Program-made: the position numbers and the translations under genes
From: Actinopolymorphaceae bacterium
GTDB lineage: Bacteria; Actinomycetota; Actinomycetes; Propionibacteriales; DAIQRJ01
Direction of reading: 5' to 3'
NCBI GenBank assembly: GCA_036786375.1
Contig: DAIQRJ010000012.1
Location: forward strand, 12,267 to 76,266
Length of the DNA stretch: 64,000 bases
Notes under the pieces: model-generated
The model's database searches: none
What the model was told of the DNA's origin: nothing
What the model saw: only the letters and a program-made list of their open reading frames with translations
In this document: piece after piece, positions 43,301 through 52,429 of the stretch
Layout of the letters: the number at the start of each line of letters is the position of its first letter
Position numbering within the stretch: position 1 is the first letter of the stretch

Positions 43301-43660
43301 ATGATCATCGCCCCCTGGCTCTCGGTTGTCGACGCGACCGCTGCGGTCGCCTTCTACAAGGCTGCATTCGACGCGGCCGAGCTGTACCTGCTCGAGGAGG
43401 GCGGGATCGTCGCGGTGGCGCAGCTGTCGATCGGCGGCGCCGATGTGTGGCTGTCCGACGATCCGGACTCCGCGCCCGTCGACGGCAAGCCGGGCGCGGT
43501 GCGGATGATCGTCACCGTCGACGACCCGGACTCGCTGTTCGACCAGGTGGTGGCCGCCGGTGCCAAGGTCGTTGCGGCCATCCACGAGGACTTCGGCTGG
43601 CGGATCGGACGCGTCGTCGACCCGTTCGGGCACCACTGGGAGATCGGCAAGCAGCTATAG
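43301..43660 (+). CDS. VOC/glyoxalase (PhnB-like) family protein
   Basis: PWLSVVDATAAVAFYKAAF, VAAGAKVV, WRIGRVVDPFGHHWEI. Confidence 0.85.
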   Translation: MIIAPWLSVVDATAAVAFYKAAFDAAELYLLEEGGIVAVAQLSIGGADVWLSDDPDSAPVDGKPGAVRMIVTVDDPDSLFDQVVAAGAKVVAAIHEDFGWRIGRVVDPFGHHWEIGKQL

Positions 43661-43712
43661 GCGTCGAACGATTCCCGCAGGTCGCGGTTGATCAGTTCGC
43701 CCAGCCTGCGGC

Positions 43713-43987
43713 GAAGGTGTCGCAGAACCTGGCTGGACGGATCCGCGCTTCCTGGTCATCGACCGATCGCTCACCTGCATCGACGGCGTCGACGTCACCT
43801 ACCGCCAGGCCGGCCGGCTCTGGACCCAGCGCATGAGCACCTGCTTCGACTACGGCACCGGCCTCGGGACGGCGGGCGCGCCCTGTTCGTGAGCGCAGGG
43901 GAGGGTGGGACCCGTGCGGTCGCCGCAGGGCCGGGGTTCTTCGTCGGCTTCCTCATCTACCTCGCGCTGCACGAGCTCATCCGCTGA
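43713..43987 (+). pseudogene. Possible small gene remnant with a frameshift
   Basis: A high-GC3 reading (RFLVIDRSLTCIDGVDVTYRQAGRLWTQRMSTCFDYG) stops early; a hydrophobic tail (GFFVGFLIYLALHELIR) follows in another frame. No family recognised. Confidence 0.3.
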
Positions 43988-43994
43988 CGACGTG

Positions 43995-44631
43995 TCACCC
44001 CTCTCCGGGGACGTGCTCGGTCAGCCAGTCGATCAGCGTGCGGATGAGGTCGTAGGTCTCGAGCACGCGGTCGGTCGCCGCCGACGTGTGCAGGACGGCC
44101 TCGTCGTCGATCAGCCGAACCGCCGCGAAGCTCCGGTGGCGGAGCAGATCGGCCCGCCGATGGTCGGCTGGATAGCCCTTCGGTACGCGCTTGAGCATCG
44201 TGCAGATCGTCGAAACCCAAGCCGCGCAGGGTTTCGACGATCTGCACGAGCTCAGGTCCGCTCGTGTTGTCGTCGACGGCGCGCCGGTGCCGTTCGACCT
44301 CGCCTCTCGCCGGATAGCCCCAGCCGCCGCCGATCCACAGCCCGTCCAGATCGAACCGCAGGCTGAGTTGGACGGGTGGCTCGACGCGGACGATCCCGCA
44401 CTGGTGCTGCCACCACCACGCCGTCTTGCCGTAACCCCAGACCGAGAAGCGCTCGTACGCCTCGTCCGCGGCCGCGACATCGGTGAGGAGATCGACCATC
44501 GGCCGGCGGAGCAGCTGTTCGCGGTCGTGTCGCAGCCGCTCGCGGGTCTGGCTCGACGGTTCGCCTTCGAGTTGCAGCAGGACGTCGACCGCCGCCGCCG
44601 GCCAGCCGTCGAACGCTCGCTCCGTGGTCAC
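43995..44631 (-). pseudogene. DUF2461 family gene with a frameshift near 44200
   Basis: The N-terminal frame (AFDGWP...LWIGGGW...ETLRGLGF) switches to LKRVPKGYPADHRRADLLRHRS..WL in another frame. Confidence 0.7.
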
Positions 44632-44785
44632 CTGACCATCATCACCGCGCCCACCGACAGCCGGCGACCCGCGATCCGCTGATATTCCCGCACTCGAATC
44701 GATCAGGCTCGGTCAGCTGAGCGTGAACGATCACCGGCGCGTGCATCGAGTGCGGGAATATCAGCGCACGTCAGATCAGCGGACG

Positions 44786-45541
44786 TCAGCTGTACATGAG
44801 CGAGCCGGGCGTCGTCAGCACGTCACCGGTCTCGAGCCAGGTCTTGAGGCTCGACAGGATCATCGGCCAACCTCCGTAGACCTCCGGGTTCGCGTTCTCG
44901 CGGAGCTCGTCGTGGGTGACGGTCAGCTGGCAGGAGTCGCCGACCGGGACGATCTCCCAGGTGACCCGCGACGTCCCCTCGCGCTTCACATGCTCACTCC
45001 ACAAGTTCGTCATCGTCTGTACGAGGCGGCGCGGCGGGTCGACCTCGAGGTTCACGCCTTCGCCCAGCAGCATGCCGGGCGCCCCCGGGTTCGTGATCTC
45101 GAGCCGCGAGCCGGCCGTCCAGTCGGAATCGATCCGGTTGCCGAAGTGGAACTTGCCGCGGATGACGGGATCGGTGATCGCCTCCCACAATCGTTCGGGT
45201 GTGGTCCGGATGTAGATCTCGTAGATCTTCTCCATGGTCGTCTCCAGTCTGGTCTTGAGGTCGCTGAGGCCGGCGACCCGCGGCTCTGCGTACTTGCTCA
45301 CCCACCGGTCGTGGACGAGCCGGATGGGGACCGGGTTGAGGTAGTGCAATTTCTCCCGCCCCCGGCGGCGGGCCACGACGAGGCCGGCCTCCTCGAGCAG
45401 CTTGAGGTGCTTCATCACGCCGAAGCGGGTGATGTCGAACTGCGCCTCGAGCGCGTTGAGCGTCTGGCCGTCTTCACGGAAGAGCTCGTCGAGCAGGCGT
45501 CGCCGCGTCGGGTCCGCCAACGCCCGGAACACCTCGTCCAT
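44786..45541 (-). CDS. ArsR-family HTH fused to SRPBCC/AHSA1 domain
   Basis: VFRALADPTRRRLLDEL, GVMKHLKLLEEAGLV, YEIYIRTTPERLWEAITDP, GGWPMILSSLKTWLETG. Confidence 0.9.
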   Translation of the reverse strand: MDEVFRALADPTRRRLLDELFREDGQTLNALEAQFDITRFGVMKHLKLLEEAGLVVARRRGREKLHYLNPVPIRLVHDRWVSKYAEPRVAGLSDLKTRLETTMEKIYEIYIRTTPERLWEAITDPVIRGKFHFGNRIDSDWTAGSRLEITNPGAPGMLLGEGVNLEVDPPRRLVQTMTNLWSEHVKREGTSRVTWEIVPVGDSCQLTVTHDELRENANPEVYGGWPMILSSLKTWLETGDVLTTPGSLMYS

Positions 45542-45549
45542 GCCGAGGG

Positions 45550-45579
45550 ACGATAGGTGACCGCGTGGTCACATGTCAA
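45550..45579 (-). promoter_or_regulatory. Promoter TTGACA-N18-TATCGT containing palindrome GTGACC-N4-GGTCAC (45557-45572)
   Basis: Read directly upstream of the ArsR-SRPBCC ATG; probably leaderless and autoregulated. Confidence 0.7.
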
Positions 45580-45718
45580 GAAATGTGCTCGGAGCTCGAC
45601 CGGCCGTTTCTGTCGCGGAATCGGAGACGCGACACTGGACGTCGGGCCGTCATCATCATCAGGCGGTGCCGAGGATCGCCCGACAGAGCCGAGGATCGCG
45701 TCACAGAGAGGATGCCGG

Positions 45719-46070
45719 ATGGCCGAGTTCGACCCGACGACGTTGAAGGACAGGCTCGAATCGCTGCGCGGTGAGCTGCCGTACGAGATCAGCACGCGGC
45801 CGATGATGGGCGGGTTCATCGGCTACGCGGACGGACGTGTCTTCGTGTCGATGTCGCGCGGTGGCGGATTCGGCGTCAAGCTGCTCCCGGCCGACCAGGA
45901 GCTCCTCCTCGGACGGCCGGGTTCGCGACGCATGCAACATGCGCCGAACCAGCCGGAGAGCAAGACCTACATCGCGTTGTCGGCCGGCGGATCTCGAGGA
46001 CGACGACGTTCTGCTGGCGTGGCTGCGGCGATCCGCCGAAACGGCGCCGGGCAAGACGAGACGCCGTTAG
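45719..46070 (+). pseudogene. TfoX N-terminal-like protein with a frameshift near 45983
   Basis: RPMMGGFIGYADGRVFVSM...KTYIALS continues as ADLEDDDVLLAWLRRS in another frame. Confidence 0.7.
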
Positions 46071-46087
46071 CCGGGCCGGCCGGGTGG

Positions 46088-46951
46088 TCAGCTCGCGCGG
46101 CCCGCCTTCGCGTCGCGCCGCTCGACCAGGATCGCGCCCGCGAGGGCCGCACCGAACACGATCGCGCTCCACACGACCAGCCAGATCGACAGGACGAACG
46201 TCGCACCGATGAGCCCGTACTCGTCCACCTGCTCGGTGATCTGGCCGGGCAGAACCAGCTGGGAGACGTTGAGCAGCGCGACGGTGCCGAGCGCGGTGAG
46301 CAGCGAGCCGGGCAGGAGGCGCCTGACACTGACCCGGCCGGCGAGCAGGAACGACTGCCCCGCAAGGAAGAACGCCACCGACACGACGCTCTGCGCGACG
46401 ATGCGGATCAGCAGGCTGACATGGAGATCGCGGCCGAGCTGGTGCCCGAGCCGGCCGGCGAACAGGACTGCGCTGATGTAGACCAGTAGGGCGACCACCC
46501 AGATCAGCTGGCGTCCGGTGGCGCCGAAGCCGGCACGTGGCTGCTCCCAGATCGCCTCGTAGCCGCGCTGGATCGTCGCCGCGATCCCGGTGCTGAACAC
46601 CGCGGTCAGGACGAGGCCGATCACCAGGCTCCGGGTCGTGACGCTGGCCGAGTTCACGAACAGAGCTCGCACGTCGGCCGCCGCGTCGCCGGAGAGCCCG
46701 AGCAGGTGCGCGAGCATCACTCCCATGTCGTTCCCGCTCACGCGCCGGACCACGGCCGACATCGCCACCAGCAAGGGCGCGGCGCACAACACCTGCTGCG
46801 CGCTGAGCGCGAGCGTCAGGATCACCAGCCCGGCCTCGTGCGCCTTGCGCCAGCTGTGACCCGGTAGCCCGTCAGTCCACCGGGCGGCGCCGGCACGGAG
46901 CCGATCCGGCAGCCGGACCCGATCACCGCGCACGGCTGTCGGATCGTCCAC
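46088..46951 (-). CDS. YihY/virulence factor BrkB family membrane protein
   Basis: Multiple TM segments, IQRGYEAIW, RRLLPGSLLTA, YGLIGATFVL.IW. Confidence 0.75.
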   Translation of the reverse strand: MDDPTAVRGDRVRLPDRLRAGAARWTDGLPGHSWRKAHEAGLVILTLALSAQQVLCAAPLLVAMSAVVRRVSGNDMGVMLAHLLGLSGDAAADVRALFVNSASVTTRSLVIGLVLTAVFSTGIAATIQRGYEAIWEQPRAGFGATGRQLIWVVALLVYISAVLFAGRLGHQLGRDLHVSLLIRIVAQSVVSVAFFLAGQSFLLAGRVSVRRLLPGSLLTALGTVALLNVSQLVLPGQITEQVDEYGLIGATFVLSIWLVVWSAIVFGAALAGAILVERRDAKAGRAS

Positions 46952-47059
46952 GCTGGCCCCCGTCCACGGAGTCGGACCGGTCGTCGGTCGTGCTCACCGG
47001 GTCTGTCCGAACGGTAGCCGTGCGGAGCTCAGAGCCGGCGCGCGTGCGAAGATCCGCAG

Positions 47060-47575
47060 ATGACCTGGATCGCTCCGACCCCCGACCCCGTCGACGGACC
47101 GCTCACCGGTGCCGATCGTCGCATCCTCGAGGGATTCCTTGCCTGGCAGCGAAGTACGTTGCTCAACATCTGCGCGGGACTCACCGCCGAGCAGCTTGCG
47201 AGCCGCCCGCTGGCCACCTCGAACCTCACCCTGCTCGGGCTTGTCCGGCACATGGGCAAGGTCGAACGGGTGTGGTTCCGCCACCGTGCGGCCCACGACC
47301 CGATCGGGCCGATGTACGACCCCGCCCTCGGCAAGGACGCCGACTTCGACGACATCGATGCGGCCGAAGCGGAGGTCGCTGTCCTGCGACTGCAGGACGA
47401 ATGGGTCGAGGCCGACCGCGCCGTCGCCGGCCTCTCCTTCGACGACACCCTTCAAGCTCGTGACGACGTGATGTCGCTGCGGATGACCTACGTCCACATG
47501 ATCGGCGAGTACGCGCGCCACAACGGGCATGCCGATCTGCTGCGCGAGGCCATCGACGGGGTCACCGCCCGCTAG
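47060..47575 (+). CDS. DinB/DUF664 family protein
   Basis: FLAWQRSTLLNICAGLT, LLGLVRHMGKVER.WF, HMIGEYARHNGHADLLREAIDG. Confidence 0.88.
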   Translation: MTWIAPTPDPVDGPLTGADRRILEGFLAWQRSTLLNICAGLTAEQLASRPLATSNLTLLGLVRHMGKVERVWFRHRAAHDPIGPMYDPALGKDADFDDIDAAEAEVAVLRLQDEWVEADRAVAGLSFDDTLQARDDVMSLRMTYVHMIGEYARHNGHADLLREAIDGVTAR

Positions 47576-48392
47576 CGACCGCACTGGTGCGGAAGATCGG
47601 CCAGCCGATCTCAGTGCGCCAGGCGGTCGCATCAGCGGTCTCACGCGGACCGACGAGATACGTCTCGCGCACCGGCTCGGCGACGGCCATGGCTTGTTCG
47701 GTGATGTAGGTGCCGAGGGCGCCGTAGGACTCGTCGATGTCGTCGTGAGCACCTCGGTGGACGGTGACGGCGAGCTCGGCTGCCGGGACGACGAACCGCT
47801 CGACCCGTCCGAGCGTCGGGGGACTGGCGACGGGCACATACACCACCGCGCCGCCCCGGTCCTCGGTGAACAGTTCGTTGTCGTAGAGGCCGCCGATCGG
47901 GCCGGTCGGGGTCAATCCGGCGTCGGCGACGGTCGAGTCCAATTCGGCCATCGCCTGCTCGTACCACGCGAACACCTCGTCGTGGCTCACGGTCGCGCGG
48001 ATCGCAGCCACCGTGATCGACGGCGACGCCCGGAGTTCGACGTCGATCGGCGCGAGGCCGGGCTCGAGCAGGCGCCGTAGTGACGACACCGCTGCCCGTG
48101 TCTCGTCCAGCTGGTTCTCCAGGCGCTCGAGGTGCCGCCCGATGAGCGCGCTCCGGGCGTCGGGGTCGGTAGTCGCCAGCACATCGGCGACCTCGCGGAC
48201 GGGCATACCCAGCTCACTGAAGCGACCGATCACCTGCGCCGTGGGCACCTGGTCGGTCGAGTAGTACCGGTACCCGGTCTGGCGGTCGACCTCGGCCGGT
48301 TCGAGCAGGCCGCCCTCGTGGTAGCGGCGCAGCGTCTTCACGCTCAGGTGGGTGATCTGGGAGAAGTCACCGATGCTCAGGACGACAGGCAT
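47562..48392 (-). CDS. MerR family regulator with GyrI-like effector domain
   Basis: LSIGDFSQITHLSVKTLRRYHEGGLLEP, TGYRYY, HRGAHDDI, RETYLVGP...RTEIGWP. Confidence 0.9.
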   Translation of the reverse strand: MPVVLSIGDFSQITHLSVKTLRRYHEGGLLEPAEVDRQTGYRYYSTDQVPTAQVIGRFSELGMPVREVADVLATTDPDARSALIGRHLERLENQLDETRAAVSSLRRLLEPGLAPIDVELRASPSITVAAIRATVSHDEVFAWYEQAMAELDSTVADAGLTPTGPIGGLYDNELFTEDRGGAVVYVPVASPPTLGRVERFVVPAAELAVTVHRGAHDDIDESYGALGTYITEQAMAVAEPVRETYLVGPRETADATAWRTEIGWPIFRTSAVASGR

Positions 48393-48398
48393 GCCACG

Positions 48399-48429
48399 AC
48401 TGTGAACCATCCCCCGCGGGGAGAGTCAA
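48399..48429 (-). promoter_or_regulatory. MerR-type promoter TTGACT-N19-CACAGT with CCCCGCGGGG dyad
   Basis: 19-bp spacer with a central palindrome, upstream of merR. Confidence 0.7.
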
Positions 48430-48477
48430 GCCGACCGGCGCCGGACTGCCACGGCGAGCAGAGCGACGAACCGGCTG

Positions 48478-48508
48478 TTGACTCTCCCCCCGCGGGAGCC
48501 TCCACCGT
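48478..48508 (+). promoter_or_regulatory. MerR-type promoter TTGACT-N19-CACCGT with CTCCC..CGCGGGAG dyad
   Basis: Same -35, spacer length and near-identical operator as the divergent merR promoter. Confidence 0.75.
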
Positions 48509-48570
48509 TGGAATCACCAGCCATGCCGCTGGATTCACCACGGATTCACCAACCACACCGGAGGATTGGC

Positions 48571-48924
48571 ATGACGATCACCCTGCCCGCACCCATCCAG
48601 ACCTACATCGACGCCGGCAACACGTTCGACCTCGAGACCCTCGCCGGTGCCTTCGCCGTCGGCGCTTTCGTCAACGACGCGAGGCACGAGTACTGGGGAA
48701 TCGAGGCGATCCACGACTGGCTGGCACGCGAGCTCGTCGGCGACAAGGTGACGATGGACGTCACCGAGGCCACCGAGCACTACGGGACGTTCACCGTCGC
48801 GGCCGTCATGGACGGGCTCTACGACAAGACCGGACTGCCCGACCCGCTGCTGCTCACGCACTACTTCACCGTCCGCGACGACCGGATCGTGCGGCTGATC
48901 AACATCCTGAACGAGTCCCGATGA
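48571..48924 (+). CDS. SnoaL-like / NTF2 family protein
   Basis: LPAPIQTYIDAGN, AFVND..HEYWG..AI..W, GxFDK-like GLYDKTGLPDP, YFTVRDDRIVRL. Confidence 0.8.
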   Translation: MTITLPAPIQTYIDAGNTFDLETLAGAFAVGAFVNDARHEYWGIEAIHDWLARELVGDKVTMDVTEATEHYGTFTVAAVMDGLYDKTGLPDPLLLTHYFTVRDDRIVRLINILNESR

Positions 48925-48991
48925 CGGAACTACCCGCCTCCTCTACACCGACTGGGCGGAGGAGGCGCGTCGGCAGGCGTGACCCGCCTCG

Positions 48992-49804
48992 TCAGAGCCG
49001 CTGGTAGCGCGACTGCGCGAAGGCGAACACGCCCGCGGCCGCCAGCCCGATGGCGACTGCGGTCAGGAGATATCGGCCGAACGGCTGTCCGAGGACCGTG
49101 TGCAGCGCACCGTCGAGCCCGTTGGCCTTCTTCGGATCCGCGGTGACCGCGGCATATCCGAGCAGGGTCCCGATCAGGACGAACGCCACGCCGCGCGCCG
49201 CATAGCCGACCGTCCCGATCGTGCGAACCGCCGTCCGGGTGCCGGATGACATCTCGCCGGTTGCCAGGTCTTCCTCGAACGAACCCTTGATTCCTTCGAC
49301 GATCGAGACGATGCCGATGACAACCACCACCGCCGCGGCGACCAGCACGATCACCTGACCGCCAGGCAACGACAGGACGCCCGACGCCGCCTTCTGCTCC
49401 GACTTCGTGCTGGACGAGCCGGCGCCCGCCGTGATTCTCAGTGCACTGACACCGATGACGGCGAACGCGACGGCCTTGCCGCCGGCCGCGACCCGCTTGC
49501 GGGCCCGTTTCGTGTCGTCGTACTGCCGGCATCCCACCGCTGCCTCGAAGCCCTGCCACACGGCGAGTGCAAGCAGGCCGATCGTCACGACGACGAGCAG
49601 CACCCGGCCGAGCGGCTGGTGAGCCAGGGTGTGCAGCGCGCCCGACGCATCGGCCGAGCCGCCGCGGTCGCCCCACGCCAACCGCAGGGCGAGCCAGCCG
49701 ATCAGGAGATAGACGATCCCATAGGCCAGGTAGCCCGCTCGGGCCCCTGCATGCAGGCCCTTGTTGAGCTGGGCCTGGCCGGTTGCGCGTGTGACGTCAT
49801 TCAC
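48992..49804 (-). CDS. DUF1206 domain membrane protein
   Basis: ARAGYLAYGIVYLLIG, GALHTLAHQPLG, GLDGAL..V..QPFG repeats. Confidence 0.85.
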   Translation of the reverse strand: MNDVTRATGQAQLNKGLHAGARAGYLAYGIVYLLIGWLALRLAWGDRGGSADASGALHTLAHQPLGRVLLVVVTIGLLALAVWQGFEAAVGCRQYDDTKRARKRVAAGGKAVAFAVIGVSALRITAGAGSSSTKSEQKAASGVLSLPGGQVIVLVAAAVVVVIGIVSIVEGIKGSFEEDLATGEMSSGTRTAVRTIGTVGYAARGVAFVLIGTLLGYAAVTADPKKANGLDGALHTVLGQPFGRYLLTAVAIGLAAAGVFAFAQSRYQRL

Positions 49805-49816
49805 GCCGCAAGGATG

Positions 49817-50263
49817 TCAGGTCGCTGCCCGGAGCAGCCGGAAGAACTCGTCGGCGAGCACCACTTCGAGCTCGTCCGGTAGCGACTCCACCAGCGTGAC
49901 GACGTCGGTGGGTGTCCACGACCAGGCGTTGATCGCGCCCGCGACGAAGTGCGGAGCATCGGTCGACCAGCCGTCGACGTGAGCGAGCAGCGCGGTCTTG
50001 TAGTCGGCCGCGCCGCCGACCGGGGCGAACGTCCCGACCACCGGGATCGCCCCGGAAGTATCGATCAACCCGCCCTTCTCCCAGGTCTGGATGATCCCGC
50101 GGACCTCGGTGTGGGCGGCGTAGGAATCGATGACCCTCGCGGGGAGCTTCGTCCATCCGCCATCGACCGGCGTGCTGTACGAGAACACGAGATCGGTCCC
50201 GACGCGACGCAGGTACCGACCGGAGAGCGATCGACCGCCTTTCGCTGACAGTTTGGTCGGCAT
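49817..50263 (-). pseudogene. C-terminal fragment resembling GxGYxYP-family putative glycoside hydrolase
   Basis: The tail HFVAGAINAWSWTPTD...EVVLADEFFRLLR resembles that family by recall; no N-terminal domains are present. Confidence 0.45.
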
Positions 50264-50365
50264 GTGTCATCCGAGCGGTCCCCGTGCTCACTGCTGTCCT
50301 GGTTCGTACACGTGTCGCTCGGGCAGGGTATGTCCAGGCGTCTGCGACTTGGCACACTGACTCCT

Positions 50366-51055
50366 ATGACACGAGCTCTGCTCGATGGCGACGAGGCCGG
50401 CATGCAGCTGTTGGCGACGCTGTACACCGACGACCCGGCTGTGCGCCGCGACGGGGACGAGTACTACCTGCACGCACAGGTGTTCGAGGACGGGCTGACC
50501 GACCACACCTACGCCGACATCGCCGAGAGCCTCATCCAGGTGATGAACGGAATCGCGCGGCTGCAGTTGCAGGGGCTGATGCTGCCGAGGCTCACCGGCG
50601 ACTGGGACGAGTTCCCCGAGGACTACGTGCCCAACAGCCGCGTCCGGCTGGAGGGATTGTCGGCGTCCGCGGTGAATGCGGAGGCGTTGAGCCCCAAGGA
50701 GGCCCGGTACGCGCTTGCGCTGGCTGCTCAGCGCACCGACGTGGCGCTTGTGCTCGGATTCCTGGCCACGCCCGACGACTGGGACATCACCTGGTTCGAC
50801 CTGGCCAAGGTGTACGAGATCCTGCGTGACGATATGGGCAACAAGTCGTTCGCCAAGTCATGGCCTGAGCATCCGGAGGACGCGCAGAGCGCGTTCGCGG
50901 TGTCGGCGAACAGGTTCAGCGTAAGCGGCAAAGCGGCACGACACGCTCCCCACAAGACCAACCCGGCCAAGCACATGATGTCCAAGGGCGAGGCCAAGAG
51001 CATCCTCTACCCGATGGTGCGCGAGTGGTTGAAGGGACTCGAACTCAAGGCCTAG
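50366..51055 (+). CDS. Hypothetical protein, possibly HEPN-like
   Basis: Good GC3 coding pattern; WFDLAKVYEI and FAVSANRFSVSGKAARHA motifs. No neighbours of related function. Confidence 0.6.
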   Translation: MTRALLDGDEAGMQLLATLYTDDPAVRRDGDEYYLHAQVFEDGLTDHTYADIAESLIQVMNGIARLQLQGLMLPRLTGDWDEFPEDYVPNSRVRLEGLSASAVNAEALSPKEARYALALAAQRTDVALVLGFLATPDDWDITWFDLAKVYEILRDDMGNKSFAKSWPEHPEDAQSAFAVSANRFSVSGKAARHAPHKTNPAKHMMSKGEAKSILYPMVREWLKGLELKA

Positions 51056-51060
51056 GTTGC

Positions 51061-51123
51061 TCAACCCAACGGTTGACAAACCTCGCCGTCCGGGTGCAGC
51101 CTTGTGGTCAACCCAACGGTTGA
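51061..51123. promoter_or_regulatory. Two identical operators TCAACCCAACGGTTGA (51061-51076, 51108-51123) around a TTGACA -35
   Basis: Exact 16-bp direct repeat, each a TCAACC-N4-GGTTGA palindrome, upstream of arsR. Confidence 0.8.
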
Positions 51124-51138
51124 ACACAAGGAGGGGCG

Positions 51139-51513
51139 ATGCCGGCCGACGCGCTGTCCAGGGTCTTCGCCGCTCTGGCCGATCCGACCCGCCGTGACAT
51201 CGTGGCCAGGCTCGCCGACGAGGACAGCACGGTGAACGAGCTCGCCGAGCCGTACGCGGTGAGTCTGCAGGCGGTCTCGAAGCACCTGAAGGTGCTCGAG
51301 GACGCCGGTCTGGTCAGCCGGACCCGTGAGGCACAGCGCCGGCCGGCCCACCTCGAGGCGGAGGTGTTCGACCTGATGACCAAGTGGATCGAGCGGTACC
51401 GCCTGGCCGCCGACGAGCGTTACCGCCGTCTCGACGACGTCCTGCGCGCCATGCCGGACGACGCCGACGCACTCCCATCACCCCACCCACCCGAGGCTGG
51501 AGCAGCACCATGA
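51139..51513 (+). CDS. ArsR/SmtB family regulator
   Basis: VFAALADPTRRDIVARL, QAVSKHLKVLEDAGLV. Confidence 0.9.
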   Translation: MPADALSRVFAALADPTRRDIVARLADEDSTVNELAEPYAVSLQAVSKHLKVLEDAGLVSRTREAQRRPAHLEAEVFDLMTKWIERYRLAADERYRRLDDVLRAMPDDADALPSPHPPEAGAAP

Positions 51514-51992
51514 CGAGTACGCACACCAACCAGACCGTGATCAGCGCCGACGCCGACGTGCCTATCGTCCGCATCGTCCGCGAGTTCGACGCTCCGCCGA
51601 CGAAGGTCTTCAAGGCCCACGTCGATCCCGAGCTGCTTGTCCGGTGGCTCGGGCCGAGCCGTCACGAGACCCACGTCGACTACTGGGATGCCCGCACCGG
51701 CGGCTCGTTCCGCTATGTGATGAGCAGCGGGGGCAACGAATTCGGCTTCCGCGGCTCGTTCCACGAGGTCCGGCCGTCGGAGCTGATCGTGCAGACGATG
51801 ACGTTCGAGGGGGAGCCCGACGGTGTGGCCCTGGAGCGGCTCGTGCTGGAGGATCTCGGCGGCGGGCGGACGCGATTGACCTCGACGTCGCTGGTCGACT
51901 CGTTCGAGAGCCGCGATGCATGGGTCGCCAGCGGGATGGAGAGCGGCGTCGTCGAGGGCTACGAGCGTCTCGACGCGTTGATCACCGACTGA
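51510..51992 (+). CDS. SRPBCC/AHSA1 family protein
   Basis: REFDAPPTKVFKAHVDPELL.RWLGP, QTMTFEG.PD, SGMESGV.EGYERLD; ATGA overlap with arsR. Confidence 0.88.
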   Translation: MTSTHTNQTVISADADVPIVRIVREFDAPPTKVFKAHVDPELLVRWLGPSRHETHVDYWDARTGGSFRYVMSSGGNEFGFRGSFHEVRPSELIVQTMTFEGEPDGVALERLVLEDLGGGRTRLTSTSLVDSFESRDAWVASGMESGVVEGYERLDALITD

Positions 51993-52001
51993 TCGGCGGG
52001 C

Positions 52002-52405
52002 TCAGACAAGCGGTGCAAAGCCGAGCTTTGACAGAGTGGCCGTGATCGTGTTGTGGCCCCGCTGCGATGGATGGGTGTGGTCATCAGCGACGTAAGGGCC
52101 GTCGAACCGGGTGCCGTCCGGGCCGTTGATCGCATGGTAGATGGCTGCGCAGGGAGCCTTGTGCTTGCGCGCCGCGGAGCAAATGGCGGCGCTATAGGTG
52201 TCGACGACGTATTTCGCCGGGCCCAGGGTCCGCGGTCGGGTCGTTGATGTCGTCGTTGTAGAAGTTCGTGATCCGGATGAGCGTCGGCTTTCCCTTTCGC
52301 AGGCTCGTGATCTGGGTGAGAATGGCGTCGACGTTCTTGCCGAGCTTCGCTGCGAGTGGAGTGCCGCACGCGGGCGTGCACTTCGCCCAGTGCGCGTGCC
52401 CGGTC
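52002..52405 (-). pseudogene. 3' fragment of an SGNH/GDSL hydrolase gene with a frameshift near 52228
   Basis: NVDAILTQI...LIRITNFYND, then in another frame IYHAINGPDG...DDHTHPSQRGH (DxxHP catalytic motif). The N-terminal GDS block is absent. Confidence 0.65.
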
Positions 52406-52429
52406 GGGCCGCCGCATCTCCTGGTCGGC

